From Folioceros fuciformis (taxonomy: Eukaryota), in the NCBI GenBank assembly GCA_049999805.1, contig JBNGIO010005395.1, positions 1-64,000 of the forward strand: 64,000 nucleotides of DNA, written 5' to 3'. Of the stretch, positions 33,669 through 44,171 are shown piece after piece. Every line of letters begins with the position of its first letter. Positions within the stretch are counted from its first letter, which is position 1. The position numbers and the translations under genes were made by a program. Under the pieces are notes generated by a model, which worked only from the letters and a program-made list of their open reading frames with translations, did no database searches and was not told where the DNA came from.

Positions 33669-35975
33669 CTAAACTATTGGAATCTCCTTAACTTTAAAAG
33701 ACGTGCCTCCTGATATGTTGTCTAGCATGTTTGTGGGATGAGGAGTTTGGAATGCAAAAAGGTGGATTTGATACCTTCTAATTTGTTTCAGCATTAATTT
33801 GGAAAGAGGTAACCACGTCGGAACTAAAGATGTTGGGACCACGAATCCATTGAAAAGAGATGCATCGCAAATTTGAAGAGACTTCTTAATATGAACTAAA
33901 GCACGACCGGTCTCAAGTGAGTTGAGCGACACACAGTTTTCGATGCACGATCGAAGTAAATCAAAATACTCCGTGCATCCAAAGATGCCTCCGGACTGCA
34001 AACCAGAATGACGAGACATGAGAATATAAATTTATTTATCGAATAAGGATGTAGATTTGTGGGCATTACCTCCACCACTTGTCGGATTTTGTTGAGTATA
34101 AACAGCTCTTTATCGCTTGGCTCTCTTTGATTTGAGAACGACATATCTATCAACTCTTCATACCATCTATGTTTTTCTAACGCTTTTCGAAAAGTTTCAC
34201 CCTTTCGAGGACTAGCGGGCCCCCACTCTGCGTTTCGAGCGGAAATAGAACCCTGTCGAAAATTGTTCTGCTGTTAGATTATGATGTATCGTTGAATTGT
34301 AATTTTAACATGTTCATTAGTCGTGCAAGCAAGAAAGGGTTTAAAAACTTACATTCAAAGTGGAGTAACGGTGGGAGTATGTGTAATATCGAACTATGTT
34401 CAACGATTTGAGTTCGTGGAGAAGATGCAAGTTAAGTGTGTTTTGTACAGATGTTGTGTCTGTTTGTCTGTTTAAAATAATACCAAGTTGCTCTAGGCTG
34501 CTATCCTCACATGCTTTAGAAGGCATGTCATTAAATGATCTATGAGTGATGAAGCCTTGTGATAATATTTTAGCTGCTAATTTATCTCTTTCTGAGGGCC
34601 ATGAATAAACCTCTGATAAGTGATGTTCGGAGGAAGTAGATCTGAGGTAAAACAAATTTTAATATGAATATGAGGGTGTTGAAATGAGCATTTGTGTTCT
34701 TTCTCTCCTATAACACATCCATTTATAAGAAGGAGGCTTACCTGGTTGATGTGGATGTTGTTGGTCCTCGAGCACTACCTGCTTCTTTGTAACGTGCTAA
34801 GATGTTAGCATTAGCTTCTAAGTGTTGAGCATTACTATAGCCAGAAAGAATACTAAGTCGTAATGGTGGAATGTATGGTCTGTTTCCTTTTTTATTTTCC
34901 ACTTTCATCTTCTTCTTTCCTTTCTGCATGTCTTGAGGGTGTGACCTTATTCCTGCTAAAAAATACTGACCATTCCTGCATTTAACTGGTTGTTCCACAA
35001 ATATACAATCAGATTATTTAAATATTTTATTTATAATTATATGTAATATCAATTTTATTTATTCAATATTTTATATCTTTGGAGTAGATGGGACTTTCCA
35101 TCTTTTTTTCAATCATAGAAAATACACTCTTTACACCTATGAGAATAGAAGGTGTTACTATCTAGAATGTGTTTATGTGAGATTACCAATGTTCAATATA
35201 ATAGTAAGCAACAACACTCTCCATGGAAGTTAGTGTGATTGTAGCACAATTTTTGTTCAAACATACCTGACATTTTTAAGTCGTTCTTGAGATTTTAAGA
35301 TTTCATGGTTGAGAGCATTGAATCCACTAGAAGCATGAGCACCAAGTGCATTGAAAGGTGCACCACACCAACGTTCCCCATTCCAATAGCTTCCTTTGAA
35401 TCTCATAGGTAAGACTATAGCTTGTTTTGGAGCTTCTGTTACATCTTCCAATTCCATCCAAGGTTTTGCAACTTGTAGATACTCTGGAGAAGGTTTATAG
35501 AATTGATACTTTTTGGGTAGTCGTGATCGATCCCTTCTCAAATCAGGTGTGCCTTTAGTGTCAACATAAAGCTTGAGTTAAGGTTTACTTTGAGATCAAA
35601 CAACAAGGTACATGAATGCGAGACAATTTTGATATGGGATGATGCATCGTTACCTAAAGGTCGATATGGAGCTACTCTGGCAGAACATAATCCTTTCTCT
35701 TTGAGATGGGGTAGTTGTAGTTGGTGTTCTATGTTAGGGACTGACCATTCGTCATTTCGAGGTATGTACCCATATTCTTGTGCAGCATATTGTATCCATG
35801 CTTCTGTTAACAACGGGTTTCCATCTAAGCCTGATATAAGCCCATGATCTGAGGTTGAGTCACTGGAAGATGCTGCTGTGGACAAAGCTCGTTCATCCAA
35901 GCTCGTTGTTACTTTACTCTTTGGATTTCTTTGATATGAGTCAAGATGAACAAGACCTTCTGCAATTTCTTCCAT
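33669..35975 (-). other. AT-rich spliced orphan gene or decayed gene of unknown family
   Basis: Consecutive minus-strand ORFs bounded by canonical donors (gtatgt ~35267, gtaagc ~34741, gtaagt ~34353) and acceptors; phase conflicts near the 3' end; no recognisable domain. Confidence 0.4.
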
Positions 35976-36632
35976 TGTTTGGAAAGTTCTTTTTTTATTT
36001 TGATGTTATTTGCTTGGTTTTGCCCATTCCAGCCCAAGATTGGCTATGGGAGCCTTGAGTGCGATGTAGGGGAAGAAGGAAGAGGCAGATTTGTGTAGGA
36101 GGAGGAAGGAAACGTGGTGGGTGGCCTGCACTTGGAGGGACGTTTTTTAGGGATTTGACGCCGAAACTGTGAGTCGAATTGATTTGTGTTATGTAGAGTA
36201 GTACCTAGCCCGAAATGCAAATCCGGTGTGGTTGTACCGGAGAGAAAAAGGTGGGCGGTTGGCACCCCATCTAGGCTGGGTCCTGGATCCTGGTGTCCCG
36301 GAGCGGGGAGCTTCAACTGCCGCTTTCAGGGGTGAGGGACACTCCGTGTTCACGGTAACCACACGATCGACGCTCCGGGTCCGGTTGGCCGTCCGCCCAA
36401 AGGCTCTGAGGGTGCCTAGAATTGTGCGATCCATAGCCGGCCCTGCAGCAAGCTCGGAACGCAGTGCAGGCTCAGCAAGGCCAGTTGGTGGGAGAGGGAG
36501 GGGCAGCTGGAGAGGACAGCCCGGGAGAATGGCGTGGGAGGGAGATGCGGTAGAGCATGGTGGGGCAGGCCGCAGGAGTGTGGCATGAAGGAATCGCAGG
36601 TGCGGGTTTCGGTAATCGGGCGTTTGCCGCAG

Positions 36633-39600
36633 ATGAGCGAGGCGAGGCGGGAGCGGGTGCAGGTGGTGGTTCGCTGCCGCCCGCTCTCGGACCGGGAGAT
36701 CGCCGACGGTCGGCAGAGCTGCGTGCACGTAGACCCCCACCGATGCACGGTGCAAGTTCGGGGTGGGCGGCCCGGGGAGCAGACCACCAAGCTCTTCACC
36801 TTCGACAGGACGTACGACCCTTCCTGCACGCAGCGCCAGCTTTACGACGATGTTGCACACCCCATTGTGCACAGTGTCATGTGCGGATACAACGGCACGG
36901 TGTTGGCCTACGGCCAGACTGCTTCTGGGAAGACCTTCACCATGGAAGGCTTGGAAGATCCATCCGGTAAGCCTGTGATTAGGGTTGCCATGGCTGAAGC
37001 ATGCATGCCGCTCATGGCTGCGGCATCGTGTGCAGAGATGCAAGGCATCATTCCGAATGCGTTTGAGGACATCTTTGCGCATATACAGCAGAGTCAGAGC
37101 TCAGATCACTTCCTAGTTCGGGCTTCGTATCTGGAGATCTACAATGAGGAGATTCGGGATTTGTTAGCTCCGGCAGGCACACATTCCAAGTTGGAGCTGA
37201 AGGAGAGCGCGGATGCTGGAGTGTACGTGAAGCACCTCACTTCTCTCACTGTGCACAGCGTGCCTGACATCCGTCGCCTTCTGATGGTTTCATATCTACT
37301 CCATCCCATCTTCTCCTGGTTGAGGAGGGCAGAAAGGGAGTCCAGCACTGTAGCTCTACAAAAACGTGCAATTAGGAGGTAGATGCATTCTGGCTGCTAG
37401 AGTGTCAGCGAACCCCCGGGCCCTTTCGTCTTCTCAAGGTGGACCTTTGTTGTTGGATGGAAAGAACCTCGTTTCGTTTTAGGGAATGCGGAGTGTGAGA
37501 ATTGCTACTACCCGGAGTTAGATGTTTGCATGGGGCAGGATGATAGGCAACCCAAGTCACTCTGTTTCATTGGAAGTTGCTGCTTGATGACTGCAGCCTT
37601 CTTAAATCACTGTTTCCTGCTTCAGGTGGGCAAGAAAAACAGGTCGGTTGGAGCAACGTTGATGAACCAAGATTCGTCTCGTTCACATTCAATATTCTCC
37701 GTCACTGTGGAGGCCAGTGCACGCCCTACGTCTGATTTGGATGGAGCGATGCATATTCGTGTTGGAAAGCTGAATCTTGTAAGTCCTGTCACGCTCTTCG
37801 ATTTTGCCCAGGTTTTGGACCCCCTTGGATGCTGACTGTCGAGGTAACGAAGCAGGTTGATCTGGCTGGGAGCGAGAGGTTGAACAAGACTGGAGCAACA
37901 GGGGAGAGGTTTAGAGAGCTGACCAATATTAATTGGTCTCTTTCAGCCTTAGGGAATGTCATTTCAGCTTTGGTGGATGGCAAAAGCTCTCATATTCCTT
38001 ACAGAGACTCCAAGTTGACCAGATTGCTTCAGGACTCACTTGGTGGAAACACCAGAACTGTCATGATAGCAAATATCGGCCCTGCTGATTACAACTATGA
38101 GGAGTCCATCAGTACGTTAAGATATGCTAATCGGGCCAAGAGCATAAAGAATAAGCCACGCATCAACGAAGATCCTAAAGATGCCATCCTTCGGGAATTC
38201 CAGGAGGAAATTGCGAGGTCTGGTCTCGTAAATCTAGTACATCACTGCGTTTTCTGCAGAGCACAAGAGGACAGCTGAGTGGCTAGGTTGTTGAGGTGAT
38301 GATTGGCACTTTAGGCATGCCTGTATGATGATGTTCTACATGATGTACACAGGCTTAAAGCACAGTTGGAGGCCACCAGCAGTGCGGGCGACGAAGCAGC
38401 AGCTGGTCAGGCCCTCCCCACGGAACGTGATAGTGCTGTAAGCCCTGAGCTTCTACAGCAAATCAAGGAGCAGATGCGCCGTGATATAGAACTCGAGACC
38501 TGCCTACGACAATCCATGAGTGAACAAGCAATGGCCTGCATCAAGGCTGACCTAGAGCGTAAGGCAAGACTACTTGAACCCAGGGTTCTTCATATGCTAC
38601 ATGAACTGATGTCTCTTTGGTCGAGCTGTTTGGTATCGGAAGCGATTCAAATAAGTCATGAGCTAGTCATTTGCCTGATGAAATGGGTGTGCGATTGGCT
38701 GTGATATGGACTCTATTGCTGTTGTGTTGTATCGAATTGTCCTCTGACGTGGTTTCTCTCCTCTATCTCATCCTACTTCCATTTTCTGGCTTGCTGGTGC
38801 TGACTTTTTCTGATTGGTTCGGTTCCTGTCACTTTGTTGTCCAATCTTTCACATCACCATCCCGCTCCCTCCTTCTTCCTGTTCCTTCACTTTTACAACT
38901 GCTTCTCCTGGGTGATCTGAAAGACAGATGATGGCTCGCATTGGTGCAATAATACCGACCTTTTTGCTGAATGCTAGTCCTGGCAGAAGCATCCACACAT
39001 GCCACAGATGCTCCGCAGCAGGCTCTTGTTGTACACTGTCAAGAGCTGCTGCACCGCCTCTATTGGAACAGCAAAGTCTTGCACAGCCTGGAAAAGAGCA
39101 TACAGCTCGATTCTCAGCTGCTGCGGCCGCTTTGCATGCTTTAGAACTGTCACTCCTGTGTGAAGATGACTCCGATTTTGTCCGACAAGGCCAGGAAGCC
39201 CTAGCAACAGCTTGCCTTTGTTTCTCTAAAGCTTCTGTTGCTGCTGCCCTTCCTGGTTCCCAGGTCAGCAGGGTTGGGACTAGGGAAGAGAGAAGAGTAG
39301 ATCCCTCCACAGCCAAAATTACTGAAGATAGTATCAGCAGAGATGAAGGTCCAGAACAGGAGAATTATCTTCCTGACACTCGGCCCCAGCCCGTCTCTGC
39401 TTTGGTGGGCCAATTGCTCGAAGCGATGGAAGCACATGTTCAGAGGAAGACTGAGGGTAACAGCATGGCATATACGAGGGGACTCGTGAGAGAGACTGAG
39501 GATACTGTTTCCCTCCCCTTTTCCACGTGCAACTCCCTTCTCGCCCTCCTCTCCCCTTTCCAGTCCTCTACTTCCTCTCTCCCTCCTTTCGTTGTTGCGC

Positions 39601-42019
39601 AGGAGCCCGAGCTTTCAGGTCAAACTTCGCCACATTTCGCAAGCGATAAGGCAATGCATATGTATGCGCACTTATATCCCTATGCGGGTTTCTTCGTAGA
39701 CGGGGTCACAGATGCTGGCATCCAGGTCGAAACATTGAAAAGTCCCACCTCGGATAAGGAATCACAAGTTGATGGCAATCAACCGGAATACTCTTCGTCT
39801 CCTAATGCCTGCACATTTTCAGGAGACGACGAGCAGATCAGATATAGCTCTGTGATATCGACTGTCGATGCTTCCTGTCCAGGAACTTATTTCCAGCATT
39901 CTAATGCCGTTCAGTTTAGCAACAGTGATCCTCACTTCTCAGGGTGCTTTTCCGCGCAGTACGGTGCAACGATTTCTGAGAGGGATGTACTTGAGATGTT
40001 AAGGGACATGCAGTGTGAAGGAAACTTGTCAGGAGCTTCTATGCCAGCCAAATTCATTTTTGATGACGGAGATCCTTGTCTGAATTTAGATGGGTTACCC
40101 CTGGGCGACCGAAACATGTTTTTCAGACGAGCTTCTCGCATAGAAACGATGCTGAATGTCAGCCCGCTTGAGATGCGTCAGCAGTTGCATATCCACCTGC
40201 GGATGTAGCATCAGGGGTTTTCCTTTCATGTCACATTTAAGCTGTTAAGATAGTCTGAACATAGGACTCACAGGCCAGGACAGTGACAGGAGAACTTGGA
40301 CAATTTGTTTTTTAACGATCGGTTATGTCACTGTCATTCATGAATTATGAAAGAATATATCATGCCTTATTGTTTTAACTTTTCTGCTGTTTCTGCAACA
40401 AAATTTGGCAAGTTGCATGTGTACTGATCTTGTGAGTCCGAAGTGGTTGTTGGCGTTGTTGCTGATTGGTTTTCCAGTGACTTTGTCGTCCCTTGCTAAT
40501 GACGTAGAGGTACCTAGCGTCCTCTGCACCTGATGATGATGAGGGCATGGGGACGTATGAAGGATTGCAGGCTCAACTGGAGATAGAAGCCTTGAAAGCA
40601 GAAAAGGAAAGAACAGAAGATGAAAAGCACAGGATATCTGGGCTCCTCCAACAGCAGCACAAGGAACTGCAGTCGCACTACCAGGTAACTATATGCTTTG
40701 TGCAAAGCGAGCCTCTTCTACACGCTAGAACATGACAGCGAAATGAACAGAACACAACGCTTCCCAGGCTTTGGCCAAAGAGAAAGAGGATAGGGACCTG
40801 TTAACGATCAAGCTCAAGGCCCTAGAAGAGAAACTAGTCCATGGAGAAGCCACAGACAATGCGAAGTTGATGGAGAAGGCCAGGCAACAGGAGCAAGAGC
40901 TTGCTCTTCGTGAGCAGCAGCTTCAGGAGCAGCAATACCGTGACGAAGAACGACGGAGAAAGATAGCGGAACTAGAAGTAAGGTCTCTCTTCAGAGGCAA
41001 TCCAGTGTGGTCAAAAGGCAGCATTACGATTTTGGTTGTGACAGGCGCCTGCTTATGTGCTGTGGCCCACTCATCTGAACATTCAGCAGACGTGAAACTG
41101 TAGGAAGCGCAGCTCATGGCTGAGGAGAAATGTAGCACCATGGAAGAGGACGTGGAAGTAAAAACCCGGAAGCTACGGAAGCTGATGGCACGCTACCTCC
41201 AAAGCAAGCAGGAAGTTTCAACTCTCCGAACAGAACTGCAAGACACGATTCATGAGTTCCAGCGAGAGAGGACAGATCTGTTTTTGTCACTGCGGTCTTT
41301 AGACCAGCAGCTCCAACTTAAGACTTTCATCATCGAGGTTATCACATAATTTGCAACCTCACCTCGCCCCTTTCCAGGTGTTCTTTTCATTTCTAATCTA
41401 TCACCGCAAAAAACTCTCCACTGCTGTTACACAATGTGAATGACCGCAGAACTTCATCCCAGTCGACGAAGTCCAAAAGATTACCAGACGAGTACACTGG
41501 GACGAGGAATCGGAGTCGTGGGTATTACACAGTATGTTATTGTCCATGCCATCTCCGACCGGATCAAGATCTTTCCTTACAGATGGCGTCAACCTCAAGC
41601 AGCCCCTGCAGCGACCCCCTTCGGCCACAGGAAGAAGCAGGCCCATCTGCCGCCAAGCTGCTGAAGCCATTTCGAAGGGCGACAGAGATCCTCGCTACTT
41701 GTAAGCCACGTTGCCCTTCAGCTTCACTGAGCGGGCAAAGCATGTGACACTCCTGGCCTGAGCCGTAAGCATCTAATGCTACAGGGTGGACAACATTTTG
41801 AAGTTGGAGCTAGACATGCCAGAGAGATCCACATACGACTACGATAACGCTGAAGACAGAGCAAGGGCAGAGGCAGATGCTGCCCTCGTGCTCAGCGCGT
41901 TCGATGACGATGGGCCGTATTTCTCGTACGAGTCCACCACACCTCCTGTTCGTCCGAAGTCCGCCCGCAGCAGGCATCATCCCCGACCCAGGACTGCTGG
42001 TGGATACCCAGGCAGGTAG
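36633..42019 (+). CDS. Kinesin-2 family motor (KIF3/FLA8/FLA10-like, intraflagellar transport), multi-exon
   Basis: [78 protein letters not shown]; kinesin-2 neck [28 protein letters not shown]; coiled coil; tail [13 protein letters not shown]. Confidence 0.92.
38928..40208 (+). CDS. 426-codon ORF nested in a kinesin-2 intron (alternative terminal exon or nested gene), unknown product
   Basis: Uninterrupted 1281-bp ORF preceded by a pyrimidine-rich tract and CAG|ATG; no recognised domain. Confidence 0.55.
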   Translation: MMARIGAIIPTFLLNASPGRSIHTCHRCSAAGSCCTLSRAAAPPLLEQQSLAQPGKEHTARFSAAAAALHALELSLLCEDDSDFVRQGQEALATACLCFSKASVAAALPGSQVSRVGTREERRVDPSTAKITEDSISRDEGPEQENYLPDTRPQPVSALVGQLLEAMEAHVQRKTEGNSMAYTRGLVRETEDTVSLPFSTCNSLLALLSPFQSSTSSLPPFVVAQEPELSGQTSPHFASDKAMHMYAHLYPYAGFFVDGVTDAGIQVETLKSPTSDKESQVDGNQPEYSSSPNACTFSGDDEQIRYSSVISTVDASCPGTYFQHSNAVQFSNSDPHFSGCFSAQYGATISERDVLEMLRDMQCEGNLSGASMPAKFIFDDGDPCLNLDGLPLGDRNMFFRRASRIETMLNVSPLEMRQQLHIHLRM

Positions 42020-42621
42020 GCCTTGGTCCCTTCAAAATGAAGACCCGGGCTCGAATTGTGACAGTGCGGGCATATCCACGAACAGGTGTTTAATGTCCTC
42101 CTCCCGATCTTTTTACTTTAGAGCAACTCTGTTCTTTGGTACGTCTCTCTTTAGTGCGAGTTGCCCTTCAAACAAAATTGTTACAATTTCTATAAGCCAG
42201 TTCTTCAGTTCATAGAAGATCACCGTCTTGCCAGACCCAAGACTCACAATTTTAGGGCACCTATGCCATTCTCCTGCCGCAAACACTCCACTCAGTAGTA
42301 AACCAACCATCCGAGAATACCCAATCACCGCAGATGATTCAACTCGTTCCATACGATCCACAGTCGCATCTTGCAAAACCTTAGCTACTTTGCAAGAAGG
42401 ACGTACGGAATCACAAATCAAAATCCCCCTCACACTTCTCGCAAGGATTTCCTCCTGCGATGCTAGACAGTTTCCGGCACAACTGACGTCACGACGATGC
42501 TTCGTCACCGTACGCAAACTTGCCACAACCCTACTTCAGCATCTACGCGCACTGCAAGGGCAAAGAGGTCCGGGGGACCGCCCAACCCTGAAGCTAAAAG
42601 TCACAGGAAATAATGACCTAC

Positions 42622-42850
42622 ACATGTGTGCTGCATGGTCTGTCCCAAAGAGTAATTGCGGCGACGCCACTCTCTAGGGCAATGGAATATGCTGCACTCA
42701 AACTTGGAGGCATAAAGAAACCCTAGAGTCTCAGACTGCCATCGTCAAGCAAGCTTTGATTTCTGACGTTCATGCTGAGCCTTACGGCACAAGAGCCGCC
42801 CCAATGCATGTAGGTCAGATCTGTCAAGCGTCTCATCCTCTACCAAATCA
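42622..42850 (-). ncRNA. Putative U17/snR30-type H/ACA snoRNA, copy A (intact motifs)
   Basis: Minus-strand 3' hairpin GUGCAGC-AUAUUCCAU...AGACCAU-GCAGCAC-ACA-UGU; lower stem GUGCAGCAU/AUGCAGCAC, upper stem CCUAGAGAGU/ACUCUUUGGG. 5' end approximate. Confidence 0.72.
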
Positions 42851-42917
42851 CGCACACCTGACGTAGCAACTGGGAACAGGTTAACCCTAAATCCAAAAAA
42901 CGAAAGCAACCAAAAAC

Positions 42918-43140
42918 GAACGTAACCTAAGTGGTCTGTCCCAGAGAGTTATGGGAGCGAGGTCGCTCTCCAGGGCGACGAACTTAGCAGTATCAGAATT
43001 CAGAGGCACACGAGGAGCGTCAACTTTACCAGAACTTTCAACAAACGGACTCTACTTTAGGCGTTTACGCTGAGCGGTACTGCTCAACAAGCTGCCGCTT
43101 TGCAAGAATATGACACCTATCACTATCTTTCGTCAGTAAG
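42918..43140 (-). ncRNA. Divergent U17/snR30-like copy B (m1 altered, ACA to ACG)
   Basis: Aligns with the other units; keeps AGACCA and both stems. Confidence 0.4.
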
Positions 43141-43178
43141 ATACATCTGAACCTATCCTGGGAATAACAACCAAGCAA

Positions 43179-43445
43179 AACAGTGCGCCGAATGGACGCT
43201 CCCAACGAGTCGTTGTTGCGACGCTGCCCTCCAGGACATTGGAATATCCGGCAACCGGTTCGGAAGCATGGAAGGAGTGAGAACTCCTCCAATGCCATCA
43301 ACAAACAACCACGTTCAAGCTGAGCTATACGGCACAGACAGCCGCGTCTACGCATGGAGGTGACATCTGAGCTATACGGCACAGACAGCCGCGTCTACGC
43401 ATGGAGGTGACATCTGCCAGAAGTGCCATCCTCCGTCAATCACAG
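43179..43445 (-). ncRNA. U17/snR30-like copy C, probably degenerate (m2 changed to GUCCAU, ACA to ACU, ~50-bp internal duplication)
   Basis: Very similar to copy D; direct repeat ctgagctatacggcacagacagccgcgtctacgcatggaggtgacatctg at ~43320-43417. Confidence 0.45.
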
Positions 43446-43499
43446 ACACCTGAACCTAAGCGGACAAATAACAACCCAACAACAACACCCAACAAGAAC

Positions 43500-43728
43500 T
43501 ATTGTGCGCCGCATGGTCGCTCCCAAAGAGTCATGGCAGCGACGCTGCCCTCCAGGGCGATGGAATATGTGGCTACTCGGTTCGGAGGCAAACGAGGAGC
43601 GAGAACTCCTCCAATGCCATCGACAAACAGACTATCTATGACGTTCATGCTGAGCTTTACGGCACGACAGCCGCCTCTGTGCATGCAGGTGACATCTGCC
43701 AGGAGTGCCATCCGCCGTCAGTCATCGG
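43500..43728 (-). ncRNA. Putative U17/snR30-type H/ACA snoRNA, copy D (intact motifs)
   Basis: GCCAC-AUAUUCCAU...CGACCAU-GCGGCGC-ACA-AUA; 5' hairpin ACGGCGGAUGGC/GCUGUCGUGCCGU; U/G-rich spacer follows the 3' end. Confidence 0.7.
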
Positions 43729-44171
43729 GCCAGACAGAACGCGGCGAGGCAAACGTTCAACTCACCCCTACCGCAACTCCAACTCATCTTGCCGAAGGTA
43801 AGCGGCAAGCGAAACGGAAAGCCAAGCACGAGAGTGCCATAACGAAGATTGGCAGCTCGAGCGGCTTATGTAGTGTCCAGCAACATGCCCTAACCCTAAT
43901 TTGGTAGGGAGCGCACATGTTGTTGTTCCTTTCTTCACCCTAACCGGTCGGCGTCCTTTGCGGCTGTCCCTGCTGCCATCGAGTTTTGGTAGTATAAAAC
44001 GTTCCATACACGTCAAAGATTGACAGAAATCTTGAGTTTCGTCACTGACAGGACGACAGACCAAGTGTATGTACGTACGTACGTACAAACAATATGCACA
44101 CAGCGGGAAGGAGAAGAATCGAGGATTTGGCGAGAGCAGGAACTGCAAATGCAAAGGTGAGTCTGCCGAGT

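Noticed and set aside
42420-42600. RNase MRP RNA (minus-strand GUCCCCCGGACCUC and a later GGGGGA)
   Set aside because: The GGAAA part of CR-I, the GARAR loop and a proper CR-V are not evident.
43880-43905. Telomerase RNA template (CCCTAACCCTAA)
   Set aside because: No USE plus TATA promoter at a suitable distance and no other telomerase RNA features; better read as telo-box-like.
43401-43907. 168-aa ORF and other ORFs over the repeat array
   Set aside because: Reading frames are not preserved between units; conservation follows RNA stems and motifs instead.
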